DNA of 63,965 nucleotides, counting the filler, from Jimgerdemannia flammicorona (taxonomy: Eukaryota), in assembly GCA_003990765.1 (NCBI GenBank). It is 2 parts of 2 records of this genome, joined end to end, with 100 filler letters (N's around TTAATTAATTAA, not from the genome) between each part and the next. Parts side by side here need not be neighbours in the genome. Positions count along the whole stretch, not along the records: positions 32,070 to 63,965 come from RBNJ01000372.1; 1 more part is not named here. One strand, 5' to 3'. Positions 36,078-48,856 of the stretch are shown piece by piece; the first letter of the stretch is position 1; every line of letters begins with the position of its first letter. The translations under genes were made by a program, and so were the position numbers. A model generated the notes under the pieces. That model did no database searches. It saw only the letters and a list, made by a program, of their open reading frames with translations, and was not told the DNA's origin.

Positions 36078-37553
36078 CTAAATCGATCTCACCGATTCCA
36101 ATGGTACCTTCTTCTTCGGTATGTCCGATGATATCGATGGTCTTCCATCCGACGACGAAACCGACGCCCTCAACGACCCAGTCGACCACCTCGCCGGAGG
36201 GCTTTGCTTCACGCGAAGGGATCCAGAGAGGCGCGATACAAAACGACGAAGGCCAACCTTATCAACTTTATCAACCTTTTCGGGGATAACTTCGGCCTTT
36301 GTCGGAGGCAAGGGTGCAGTGTCGACGGAATCGGTGGCAGGTGATCGAGAGATGAAATCGCTGAATCGGCCGTTGATACGGCGCTGTTTTTGAGGGGGGG
36401 GTGGTAAGGGTTTGTTTGAGGAGTCGTTGGTCGCTATCTCGGGTTGGGCAACATTCGAGAACAACTCGTCGCATTCCTCGGCGAACGATGCGAGATACGA
36501 GCTTGTGACGGGGAGCGACTCGTACGAGGTTGTGGTTTCGGTTGCGAGCGTATAGGTGATAGGTTCGGGTGACTTGGAGCGATCCTGCTCTTCAATCGGG
36601 TAGGCGGATGGCACGGATGGCAGCGAGGTGGTGCTCTTGAGGCGTTCATATTGCGAATCCGGTACAAGGGGTATGGTTGTTGTCTTGTACACTGGTGAAG
36701 GAGCCGAGATGGGTTCGGGTACCGCGCTGCGCTTTTGCACCTCAGGAGCGGGCTCGTGATCTTCGATCTTGACTGCGATTCCATGATGATTTGCCTTTTC
36801 GCGGTGCACAACTACCACTGAATGTTGCTCCACCTTACCCTCTCCCACCACCCTCGGTAAGTCGTCGTAGTCATTGAATGTGTTGTTGGGCTCGTTATCG
36901 GGTTGGGAAGGTTCATTTTGGGTTTCGGGGGATTCCATAGGCTCGCTCTCTACGATGGCTTGCAAGCGGTTTTGTTGCTGAGCGGGCTGATGAGCTTTGC
37001 TGCTGTGAGTTTGCGTCGTCTCTGTCATGTCGACGTGTTTGTAATCTCGTAGCATCTGTTCAATCGACCACTCATCCTCCTCCGTGTCATCCTGCGCCGC
37101 AGACTTGGGGTCCATAGTGTTCTGATCATCACTGTGCTCATGCGTGACCTCTTCGTTTTCTTGCTCATGATCCCCCGGCGTCGTCTTCTCCGGCTTGACG
37201 GTACGATGCTCTTGCGTCAGCTGGTTGGCTGACAGATCGTTCGTCATTTGATCCCGTGTAATAGATACGCCTTCCACCTTGCCGTCTTCGGGTTGCATAT
37301 CCGTGCGATTTTCTTGCCTTTCACCGGAGAGAGCATTCGGCTGTGTGTGGGGACTAAGGTACTCTTGAAGCAGCCGCTCGATCGACCACCCGTCATCCTG
37401 CGCAAGTAACGGAAGAAACGCCTTGTTCCAATTCTCTAAAGTGTCCGCAGGCTTTGCGTCGATCCCAGGGCTAAGAGCCTCGGTTTTGGTCAGCCTTGGG
37501 ACCTTTCGAGACTTGTCCTCCAAGGTTGAAGAAACAGGTTGCAAGTTGATCAT
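36078..37553 (-). CDS. Hypothetical, largely disordered Ser/Pro/Glu-rich protein (about 490 aa)
   Basis: Long uninterrupted ORF; first ATG (MINLQ) at 37,553; no domain recognised. Confidence 0.7.
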   Translation of the reverse strand: MINLQPVSSTLEDKSRKVPRLTKTEALSPGIDAKPADTLENWNKAFLPLLAQDDGWSIERLLQEYLSPHTQPNALSGERQENRTDMQPEDGKVEGVSITRDQMTNDLSANQLTQEHRTVKPEKTTPGDHEQENEEVTHEHSDDQNTMDPKSAAQDDTEEDEWSIEQMLRDYKHVDMTETTQTHSSKAHQPAQQQNRLQAIVESEPMESPETQNEPSQPDNEPNNTFNDYDDLPRVVGEGKVEQHSVVVVHREKANHHGIAVKIEDHEPAPEVQKRSAVPEPISAPSPVYKTTTIPLVPDSQYERLKSTTSLPSVPSAYPIEEQDRSKSPEPITYTLATETTTSYESLPVTSSYLASFAEECDELFSNVAQPEIATNDSSNKPLPPPPQKQRRINGRFSDFISRSPATDSVDTAPLPPTKAEVIPEKVDKVDKVGLRRFVSRLSGSLRVKQSPPARWSTGSLRASVSSSDGRPSISSDIPKKKVPLESVRSI

Positions 37554-39765
37554 GGTTGTTCGATGGGCAGTAAAGTCAAGAAATGAATCGTAAGAGGACA
37601 ATCTGGGGTGGCAGAAGCGGTACGGGGTCCGAGCAAGTATGTAATTTGTGGTGATTACTCGACATTCGTGTAACCTATTGGGCTCAACAGCGTGGCCGCT
37701 GAGCAAAAAAGGGAGGCTAAAAGGATGCGCCGATTTGATTAGAGACAACGGAAGGGACAGAATTTGGAAAGGGGTCTGACAAACAGGCCGAAGGATTTGT
37801 CAACCAGTAAATTGCCGGGCGATGATCAGGGGAGGCCAGCCTGTTCAGTCCGGCCGGAAGGCCGGGCAATTGCGGTGATCAAAGTGGCGATTGTCAGAAG
37901 GAGAGTCATGACGGCTTGGCGCCCCTGTGTTGCGGTCGAAAGTGGTTTGTTTTGTCAGGCTAAGCCTCGATGCATTTCCGTAGGATTGATGCCCCCCATC
38001 GCACAAAGACGCGTTTGTCGTATCCCGAGCAGCCCGCGACATTCCAGGCCAAGGTGCTTACCCAATCTTACTGAATCGGCGTGCTAATTTGACTGTCAGA
38101 TTGCGCCGCCCCGGTGACAGTCGTGGTTAGCTGCCATCGGCGGGGAGGGTTGAGCAGCGAAACACGCAGTGCCGCTGCCGTAAAGGCGAATCCTCGTTCT
38201 CCATTTGCTTCATACGGCCAATGACAACGACGTCATATGCCAAAATGGTCTAGCATTTACGACCCTGCATATCAGCTTATAAGCAGGCACCGTCCAAGGG
38301 AGTTGACCCGCCGGACAACACACGTTATTTTTTTTTCTTTTTGATCATCTGCTTGCATAAATATTTATAATATTTATCCAATCTTTTTTACACACCAGTT
38401 CATATCCTCATTACTTCTGTTCAAACATGATTATGTAAGTCAACTTACGTCATGTGTCCACTCGAAGAGGTTTGTTTTCCACCGCCTATCGAGACGACGA
38501 CTCGTCAATCTTTGAAATATAATTTACACTTCTTTCCCGTGATGTCATATTTTGACTGTGAGCGAGTCACATGGTAAATTTTCCATCGGCCTGCAGCGGC
38601 GCAGCAGACACGTGCTGAGTTTGGAATTGGAAACAAACACGCTACCCAAACTAAACGAACAATGGTCATCAGTGCTGTTTGCCCTATGCCATGTATGGCT
38701 TGACGGTCTCATTTGTAAAGTCCTCCCCAAACGCCGCAAACAATTTATGTCTCTATCTCCGCCTCACCCACTCTCCGCTCGTTCTTCCCCAGCGCTGTTC
38801 GTCTGCCAGCCTCAAAGACAACCGAGGAAGGTGTTTTTTTTTTTTTTTTTTTTTTGCTTGTGGGATTGTTGATTAAAGCAAAGAGACGATGGTTGTTTAT
38901 TTGATAGCTTGGTCGTATATTAGCTGCGCCACGACATACTTTTTAATAACTGCACGGCGCAACAAGGGACCCATATTTAATTCCGTTGCATACCTCATGT
39001 AATGGTTCTTTACGTAACTGCTCTGAATCGAAATGACCAACGGACTCTGAGGGAGACATCTAGTCTATAGGCGGCATGTATATACCTTCTCCCAAAGGTC
39101 TAAACATATGACATCAACTCGACACGTCGCAAAGTGATCGGTAAGGCATTCCACAACTACTATTCACTGAAGGGGCTGATTGGATATGAAGAAATTATTA
39201 TAACATCCGAGATTGGTTAATCGGGAGGGCAATAGGTTCCATGGAATGTTTACTGCTATTCGATCTAAGCGTAAATAGGCGGTGGCATTCCAATGCTAGG
39301 GTGAATTTTGTTGGATCGGTTCTCCCCAAGGGGCAATTACGAATTTTTTCTTAGTAAAGAGATGGAACCAAAACTATCTCCCAGAACATGCAAAAAATCG
39401 TTCGAAGGCATAGATTGTATATACTTGAATTCGATATTTATGGTTGACTCTTATGAAGCCAGTCAAAAAGAGACGAAAAGGATGTGCAGCAGTACAAGGT
39501 TGTGAACGAAAATATAACAATACGAAAAATGGTAAACCCAATACTATCATAGGCATTAGCAGCGTCATGCAAACGAAATGTTTCAATGTGATAGTTCCTG
39601 CCTATCACGCCTTTCTTACCACAGCCAACAGATTACCCCCATATTAAACATAACGCCGAATCACAAGAGTCAACAGCTGCCCGAAAACTGGCGCCAAACC
39701 GCCTGCAAGATTTTTTCTATCGATGTGTCGTCGACGCTATCAGTCCATTTCTTGCGTTCATCAAC

Positions 39766-40470
39766 TCAGCATCCCCCAACCGCCTGGGGATTTGAAATGG
39801 CTCTCAAGCCTCTTACCGACGCAACTTTTACAAGTCTGCCCAAGAGACCCTTGGTCTGTGTCGGCGGTATCGTCAACAAACTGTTGTTCTCCACCAGGTT
39901 TGTCATATTTATCGTATTGAGCGGCGGACTCTTAGATCCTATGCCGTCGAACACCTCATTACATAGGTCGTCCAGCTCGGAAGCCATGAGGTTGTTGAGC
40001 AACATGGGTTCGAGGGCGGAAGGAGGCGGAAGCGGGATGGAGGAGGCGAGGAGGGTGAGGGCATCGGGTACAGATGCAGCAAAGGTAAATTTGGATTCAG
40101 TGAAGCTGGTGTGGACGACGGTGGCCTTGTTTTCGGCGACGAGAATTTCGGTATCGGGCCTTTCTTCGGTATGGGCCGAAAATTGCCCTTCCTTCAAAAA
40201 CCCATCCATATCTTTAAAAACGCGGTCTTCGTTCGCGCGTGATGGCTTTGACGGCAAGGATCTCTCCGGTTTTGACGGCCGGCACTGGATATTGGCCTTC
40301 TCTAGGATTTCCTTATGGTGGAGGATAGGAATAGAGGGATCCGTCGGGCGAATCAAGCTACCGTGGGACAGGAAGGAGAGGACGATGGATTGTATGTGTA
40401 TTAGAGGATTTGCGCCGAGATTTATTGAACGCTCGAAAATGGAGGGGGGTATGTCAAAGCTTTGTATTCC
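39766..40470 (-). CDS. Probable terminal exon of a hypothetical Ser/Pro-rich protein (upstream exons unresolved)
   Basis: About 200-aa ORF with coding-like composition. No motif recognised, and the strand is not certain because a 298-aa plus-strand ORF overlaps it. Confidence 0.35.
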   Translation of the reverse strand, partial: GIQSFDIPPSIFERSINLGANPLIHIQSIVLSFLSHGSLIRPTDPSIPILHHKEILEKANIQCRPSKPERSLPSKPSRANEDRVFKDMDGFLKEGQFSAHTEERPDTEILVAENKATVVHTSFTESKFTFAASVPDALTLLASSIPLPPPSALEPMLLNNLMASELDDLCNEVFDGIGSKSPPLNTINMTNLVENNSLLTIPPTQTKGLLGRLVKVASVRGLRAISNPQAVGGC

Positions 40471-41848
40471 GTAACAATTGTTAGAGACAATCCGTGAGTG
40501 AATTCTTGGGTCTTTATGAAAAACATAGTTTCTAAGTGTCCAAGACTGAAATGTTCCAAAATCTCAGGGGCGACTAATAAATTTCCAAACCCATCAGGGG
40601 GTGGTTACCTCACCTTACATAACATGTGCAGGACGTTCCCCCCGGCCATGTGTTATCCACCTCTGGTCCTCCTGCACTTTTCGGGCTCAATACGCAGATC
40701 GCAGTGTCTGTTTTTAAAAAACAGTGTGCCCTTTTCGGATTCGGAATAATCCTCTTTGAGAGAAGGAACCAATCCAGCATGGGCATACTAGAACAGGAAG
40801 AAACTGAAGTCCCTGTTATTAGGAAGCTTTACGGCCGACACCTCCTATTAATTACTCCTGACAATCGCACGAAACCAACTACAGATGCCAATTCGTCTTA
40901 CCCCTTTTCAGATCACCAACACTTGAACCACAACGCCATGGTCCTATCGTTCTCGATAGCATACCAACCATGTTCTACACGCACTCAATCGTAGAACGCC
41001 CCTCATCCCACTATACGAGGCCCTTACGACAAATGCTCCAACTGTGCTATCAATATGAATGGGGATTTCCAATCAAGTCGTGTGGAAACTGGCAAAGGCC
41101 GGGAAGTCGGAACCGAAGGAGGTGATTTTGCACGTGGCGGCGACGGCATCGTGATAAGAGAAGTAAAAATGGGAGAAAGCAAGGAGAGAGACATTTTGAG
41201 AATATTGTCAAATGACTCCACCAGCAAATACATGACCCCTACTTCAATGCCCTACGCTTCAATGACGACCCCCACAGTTGTATGATCCAGGCAGTACTGA
41301 TCTTAGCAGAGAGACCGCACAAACGTTTAACGAGTTGTTAGTTGGTTCTTTTCCGGGGCGGTATCAACAATACTGGAAAGCAAGATAGCGATTTCTTTAA
41401 TTGGATTCGCTTGACATTAGTGAGAGAGGGTGTGTGCCTTCGCTTGCCCCATCAAAGATATTGGAAGGCGAGCACTGCGTCAAACATCTGCGGCCGCTTT
41501 TCCTCAGTGTGAATCGAAACACCGTGGGGCAATCTATTCAATTGTCGACAAACAAAGAAGAGAATCTCCCTCTCTTCTGCACGAATATTACTTAGTGTGA
41601 TTTTGTTGTAACATAATTATATATTATTATTCGAAGCTCGAAGCATAAAGATACATATTTACACTTGGTCTAAATTTCAGCAATACCACTGAGGTATTGC
41701 TGCTATATAGTGTACTCATAATAGATTAAAGTATATGAAAGAAGATTGCATAAAGATGAGAGTTGTTATATCGATATCGAGTATAGCTGGACGTCTAAGG
41801 TTTAGGTTATAGAAATAAAATAAAATAAAATCTAGTTGGTTATACTCA

Positions 41849-42643
41849 TTATATTTCAAAAAGGTTGATATCATAGCGTTTGAAGGCGGTTCTTCGCTCA
41901 ATATGGGCTACGTCGACTTCTTCCCAAACCACCAGAATTTCGGGCCCGTCATCGAAATCGTCATGATCCTTGCAGCATTCTTCCTCATCTACAAACAGGC
42001 TATCGCAACGCGGATCTGTCGATGTGATGGATCCGCATCGTGTGATAGTCCCGATGCTCGAATTGTTGCTGTCGCTAGTCATGCTCGAGAATGAATCGCT
42101 CGATCCGCGCGAGCGCAGCGAAGACGTCGAGGTCGAAGACGAGAAGGGGCCGCATGAATCGCCTAGTGCGAGTCGGTCAAGCACCACATCGACGATATTG
42201 CGTCGGCCGAGTCTCATGTGGATCACTCGGATCCAATCTTTCGCCTCGTCCGAGGAGGTCGCGCAAAAGGTCCATGACTTGTCTTGGTTCAGTGAGGATG
42301 TTTCGATGGGTTCGATCCGGAAGGAACGTGGGCTGGATATTTTTGATGGAATCGAGACCGAGCGGTAGAACTCGAGGTTGATTGCGGTCAGGCTCTTCAT
42401 GTCGTGCTACGGATAGAGAAGGAAAAGAGTCGTCAATGCCTACACTTATATGTATATGGTTGCGATGATTGCACTTGCATATACCATTTTATTTTCATCG
42501 AAGCTTACCTCATTTTTGTAGCACTTCAGTTCATTTCCCAAGAGCACACACCAGACTCGTTTTTGCAACATATTCAACCTCGAATTGTACCGCACCCCCG
42601 AAAGCCATCCGCACTTCACAATTTGATCATGCTTAGTATCCAT
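41849..42643 (-). CDS. Small PH-domain protein (2 exons: 42,643-42,509 and 42,406-41,849)
   Basis: VKCGWL...QKRVWCVLLGNELKCYKNE|HDMKSLTAINL...SFRI...WTFCATSSDEAKDWIRVI is a canonical PH pattern. The GTAAGC...TAG intron keeps the frame. Confidence 0.85.
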
Positions 42644-43944
42644 CTTTCGTAATGAGATTGATCTTGGAAAAGTACTTGTAAACGTATGTACGTCTGTACT
42701 GAAGGACAGGGTTCGATCCCCTGGGGTTATATATTGATTTCCAGCATCACAGTTGTCGTCAATGAGGTCTACTCGTTTGTTTCAAGCGTGGACGTGTGCG
42801 CCCTGACCCCGTCGATCCCTTGCCTTTCACGAACAAATTCAGGAACCGAGGAGAAATTAGAGGCAAGGGGACCAACAACTCGGGGGTGTCCCTCAGAGGC
42901 CCTTACACCTGCAAGGGAATCTCCATGGCCTCAACTCAACGCATACTTTTGCAAAGCACGGTGGGTGGGCGGCTTTGATCTAGGTAAGCAAGGTGCGTTA
43001 TTCGAGATACGGGTTCTCTTTGAAGCCCGACAACTTAAATTTTGCGCTTAATAATCTTTGGTTGAAAATCTCCAATATGCAATCGTGTAGAAAATAGTAT
43101 AGATAAATTCAATAAGTATATGGAGAAAACCCGTACATCCTTTGATTACCATGCAGAAACAATAGCGCAAGCTCATCACAAAAATAGGATCCATCAATGA
43201 GGCATGGCTAGAAATAGCGAGCCGTAATTTCATGCGGTGGTGATACAAGTCATTGGGCGCATGCTTTTATTTTTAAACAGGATTGCAATGGCTATCGGAG
43301 ATTCAAACGAGCTTTGATGGAGTTTTAATGTAAGGGGGGGTGCACTCTTCGAACTTGAAAGCATACCAGAGAATGCACAGGTCCCTGACAGCTGTTACTC
43401 CAACACAATATGACACCAATCTGGAGGCTGTTTTCAAAAATCTCAATTTTCGGGATTAACCCTCGGGATCTATTTCGAGTAACCGACAACGACCATGGTG
43501 CGTGTCGGGGATGGTTTTCGAGGAATGGGGGAGGGGGGGCGGGGGCGGGGGGGAAGTTTCGTCATAATGCAAAGTTAACAATGCTGTAACGGCTTTTTGT
43601 TCCCTTCTTTCTAGATTACATTTCCCGAAATCATATTTCTCTTCATTGTTCATGTAACATGGCCACGGGGACACGGAGGCAATTTACTTAATTATCTCGT
43701 CTACTATTGTTTGTTAACAGAGACATGCACAAAATTGATGTTCAACTCGCCTAGCAAATTGACCACACGGATAGGCATCCAGTTGGAGATGAATAATTGA
43801 AAGGTGTATTTCCCGATATGTCTAACTTTTTTGACTTACAGCAGAGCGTAATGACAATGGGCCATAAGTAACACGAAAGTCAAAGCCACTATAGTCGTTT
43901 ATGTCAACTGCAAAACAGGCATCAGTATGCATACCCAAGGAACG

Positions 43945-44866
43945 ATGTCATATAATGCAGCGCTACTTTTCGATGCATGTGCACATAATGGAGTGAATGA
44001 AGGTCTGTTTCATATCCAGTTCACTTTGCCAAGGGGACATTTTCAAATACATACTAATATTTCGACGTGTTTACTATTAGTACGCGGAATTTTAGAAAGC
44101 AACCCCCAGATCAATCCGAACACCGTCCGCGATGCAAATCTACGTACCCCGCTACATGTTGCGTGCCGGAGGTCCGACCAAGGTGCAGCGGCAATCGCCA
44201 AAGTCTTGATGGGGCGTGGCGCAGGTGTCGGGGTTACAACTGGGTATGCTTCCCGCTTTTTTTCGTTTTGCGACCTTTCTTGATGTAAAAACATGAAATG
44301 ACATTGATCGACATGTATTTTTATCGTATTCTTAGCGGTTCTAGCAAACAACGTCGATTGCGTCATGACACTGATTAAAGGAGGCAAGATTATTTTTTAC
44401 CTGGCATGTCATTAACTCACATGATTAATTATATCCGTGACATTAGGCGCAACTGTCCCAATGTCGGATCCTTTTCGGCCTACTCCACTGGTTATTGCCA
44501 TCTCACAAATGTTTTTACTGTCGCAGTTACATAAAGATAACAACCCACCTTCTACAAGTGCTTCTCAAGGCGAACAGGATTTACACCAGCTCAGAATGGT
44601 ATGTTTACAAGTCACATAGAGGCCCAATTTTGGCGGTTTTGATATGGTTCTGCCTGACACAGATCACGCAAATCCTCATGAACCATATCAACATGAGGCA
44701 TCAATCTCAGTTATCTGTGTCGAACGACAGTTCGGTCAGCACACATGGTCTCTCTCCACAATTCTTTTACCACAACCATGCTCCCGACGCCTCCTTTGAG
44801 ACTCTGGCAAGCAATTTCGAGAATGCCGTGCGCATGCTAACAGAGAAAGCAAGTGTGTTGAAATAG
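43945..44866 (+). CDS. Small multi-exon ankyrin-repeat protein
   Basis: LFDAC..., RTPLHVAC...IAKVLMGRGA, NNVDCVMTLIKG and PTPLVIA are ankyrin-like segments separated by short GT-AG introns. Exon bounds are approximate. Confidence 0.75.
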
Positions 44867-45630
44867 TTCATCAATTGTCCAAACACACTATACCCAAACA
44901 ACCAAACTTCTCTTATTTAATTTTTGTGTGTAGTAATGTAGATAGAATTTTGAACTGATGCTCATTGGCTGAAGATTGCCAAATCATCCATCCCATACGA
45001 AAACCATCTGATGACATGACCGTAAGTTTCAGGACAATCCAGGAACCACATCAGACCTTGCCTTGCAAACTCTGTACGTGAACGACATTAGAGGCGATGG
45101 TTGAAATTGGCGAACGCGCTCTGGTTTTCGGGGTAGCAAACAGATACCAAAATTGGTGAGCGGATGCGTAGGGGTCTCATATATCCAATGAATCTACAGT
45201 TTCCTATGCAAAATGGCACTGCGACGGATTTATTTACGATTGGGCGCCATGGGAATCAACGTGAACCGCTTTGACTCTGGAGCACAGATTACTCTATGTT
45301 GATCTATGTGTGCACGCGCATCAAAGCTCAATATCGTGCCTTCTCGTACCGTTCTGACGGCATCCGGCGCATTGTTGAAAGAAGCCAATTTGGTTGAAGT
45401 TGGAAATATATTTTGTCAGTGGTTTATTCCAACAATATTCAGGATTTTTTTTTTATCTGCCAGGCTCGTTGGTCCTCGGTCCACGGTCGACCATACCACT
45501 ACATTATCGTCGGCATCGATTACCTTACTGCTACTACAATATATACAAGAAAAAGAGGGGGGGGGATCACAAACCCACAAAAAATCACAACTGCCTAAAG
45601 ACGATATTGCCCCGATCCTCTCGAGATCTT

Positions 45631-47003
45631 CTAGCACAACATCGCCAGTTCTGCCTCAGTCATTTCGAACTCAACCTCAAGATCATTGTAGCTGCCCACC
45701 ATCCGTGCAAGCAGCGTGGCATTCCATAATGCCAACATGGTGAATGCAATGTTCGTATATTGGTTAGGCAGGGCACCGACGAGAAGGTCCAGATATACAA
45801 GGATTGGATCCTTTGTTGCATATCGCACCCCCATAATGTCATTACCCTCCTCTGGAGAGCCAGGCCACTGCTCGGCAATAAAGTTAGCGACATGTTCAGG
45901 AGACCAGCAACGTACATCCCTTCCGAGTATTCGATAATGCCGAATGTCATAATTTCGAACCGAGGCACGAATCGGTTCAGGATTTGCTGCAACAAATTTC
46001 CTGTGACAATCAAATAGAAGTTGCGGGTACACCTTGTATAGATACTGCAGCCCGCAAAAAGGAGGGATTGATAAAGTTATATAACGAAGTGAACACATTA
46101 AAACAGCAATATAAAAGTAAATACAATTGACCTGTTTTATAACGCGAGGAAGTGCAGGGACAGCTATGACTGGCGTATTCTCTTCTCTCTGGCTGGGTTG
46201 ATTGGTCTTGCCTTCTTCCTTTTCCCTCTCTTCCTCCGACGCAGGTACGGCCATAACTATAAGTGCGACAGCAAGCATAGCTTTTAACTATATGTATGGC
46301 AACAGGTGTATAAGAAATACAAATCATTCGTAATTATTGAGATCGCTTACCATTACGTATGGTCAATCTGATACTTGTCTCCATCTGATATAGTTTTTGA
46401 AGTACAAGCTTCGGGGTGAGTCTCTCGCTACCTCCATGGTTTGTCTCCATACGCAGCCCCACATTGTATTTTAGGGCCCAGCGAGTTATCTTTCTTGCCG
46501 TCAGCAAAGATGTGAATAGAAAAGAATTACTCAATTGGAAACGATGGTAGTTGCTATTTCGCAACATTCTGGCGAGACGGTGATAGCTGCTCTCTCCTAT
46601 GACACGTGAATGTAAGAATGCGGCGCACTCCGTCTACCAAACTTGTGTCGTCCCAGAGCATCAGACTCATGGCAGCAATGTGGGTGTAATCCCATTCCAC
46701 CAGATGGCGAATGCTCAGGCTATGATTCTTTCGTAAGTATCTCCTAACGTTGTTCCGGTCCAACTTTTGGCTGGAATTGTTGAGATAGTATTGCGCTCGC
46801 GCAATCGAATGTATTGTTTTGAAGCTGTTCCAGGATTTTCTAATTACAATGATGAATAGTACAACCGTTTCCTTTGTCTTGTAAAATTCATCGTTCGATA
46901 AAGAAGTTTGGTTCATGGAACGAGCTACTGTAATGTGCTGGTCTTCGGCTTCTTCAGGATCAGGAGATTCTAAGCCAGAGAGTAGACAGCGGGAATATAC
47001 CAT
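45631..47003 (-). CDS. Hypothetical multi-exon gene
   Basis: Collinear minus-strand ORF blocks (46,554-47,003; about 46,330-46,500; 46,130-46,260; 45,631-46,047) with plausible splice signals. No domain recognised. Confidence 0.4.
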
Positions 47004-47891
47004 AAAAGAGCGCGAACTGAGAATATGACTGTAGTATACCTACCCCTCACACCATTCGCTCTGAGAATCGTACTCGGTTCATAGCCATCTTTTTTGAAGT
47101 ATGAAGTACGCGCCGCCATAAATGAAGTATATATATACACACCATAAATGAAGTACGCACCGTCATAAACAAATGGTCGATCGGGTTAGCCAATCAGAAA
47201 TATCTGGGCCATTGATATCGTTGATGATGTTGGCGTTTTTTTTTTTCTTTTTTCCTTGTCTCTCCCGCTCAATCAAACATGCCTTATCTTTCTTTAATAT
47301 TATAACTTCACTTCCATAATTCCACGGCTAACCATAAATAACTTAAATATACACCTCTTAATCAAAAAGACTGATTTTATGATTCTGCATTGCCTACCCT
47401 TTGCTCATCATGCTTTAGTCGATTCAAGGCCACTGTCACTTCCATGCCACTGCTACTCAGATAAATGGATCTCGGGTTTGTCGCCATCGCCGTTGTCGGG
47501 TATATGATGCAATCCCTTGGTCGTCGCCATCGAATATCTTTCGCCGCCACACTGCTCTTTAATTAAAGCGATTCTCGGATGTCAAGATGAAGCCGTGCAA
47601 ATATTGTGTTTCTGGGCCTCAAACAAACAATACATAGCTTGCTAAATATGTTCAATGTGCAACATGAAAACGCTATTCTCTTCATATAAAATAATTTGGA
47701 AATGAGGCCCAGCCATCGTCACTTCAAAATTTGCTTGTAAACTATGCCCACCATGGTCTCGTGAATCAACCCGGCAATATGTGAACCGGATATTTTATAC
47801 TCGAATGTCTTATGGATGTTTGTCAAGCGATTCTTTGCTTCTTTGTGCGTGGCTCGAAATGGTGACAGTGACATCACCATTTAACCACACA

Positions 47892-47922
<31 letters not shown>

Positions 47923-48856
47923 TCCAGTACCTCAACCAAGCTGCCAGGAATGGCGATTGGACCAACTCAGAATGTTTTTTCGTGCGCACAAACTCTTGCC
48001 ATATAGAAAACAAACGAACCTGCTTTAGCAAAATGTCGCTCTTTATTTTCATTGTAGATTCTACTTAATTGTGGTTTAGTTTTTCTGCCACACAGAATCG
48101 CGGTCCTCGGCCGGATCTTGCTGGCTGGTGATGCATGGTGTCATGGCCTTCGGAATGACCTCTCAGAGACAGGGTTACCATGGCCGCGATGTCTAAAAAC
48201 AGATTTCGAGAGAACAATGAGTCCTGACAAAATGTTTGAGGCACGGGTACAAATACTTGAACTTGGGAAGGGATGTTGGAACACACGACGCCAACAAGCA
48301 TGGCTTGGCGCAAAGATGATGGCAACTTACTCCTCTTTATCTTCCAGGCCTCTCACTAGCCTCTTGGTCATCCTTCACACTTGCTCTTTGCCTCTCGCTA
48401 TACATAATCAATATGCCGATTGAACACCCTAGTACAAATATTGTCAAGGAAGGCACACACATTATTGTAAGCTGCCGTCACCTTACTGGCACGGCACCCT
48501 TCATTCCTTCCAACGGTGCTTGCTCTCTCGTTATAAGGCTGTGATTCCCGATTTGCACGCCGATCAGCAGCAGCCGAGATTTCACAGGCGCATATTATCG
48601 GTCGGTTCCAAGACATGGTCTGGCCAGCCTGTTCTACAGAGGCTTGCAATGGTGCTCTTCGATATAGTTTTTGTATTGACAGTGGTACAGACTGCGCAAG
48701 TGGACGATGTGTTGTATACACAGAGGTGTTGAAAAGGAATTCAGTCGTGGCTATTTATACATTTGTTGAATGATGACATCACCCTCTGACAATAAAGCCA
48801 CCGTCCATTTCTCCTTTCCCTGGTCCTTTCAAAATCTCACAACACTATTCCTCCCA

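Noticed and set aside
40498..41290. Short ORFs on both strands, possibly a gene or pseudogene
   Set aside because: No consistent exon chain or recognisable motif.
47990..48732. Coding-like fragments upstream of the 48.9-kb gene
   Set aside because: Interrupted by stops in all frames and no recognisable domain.
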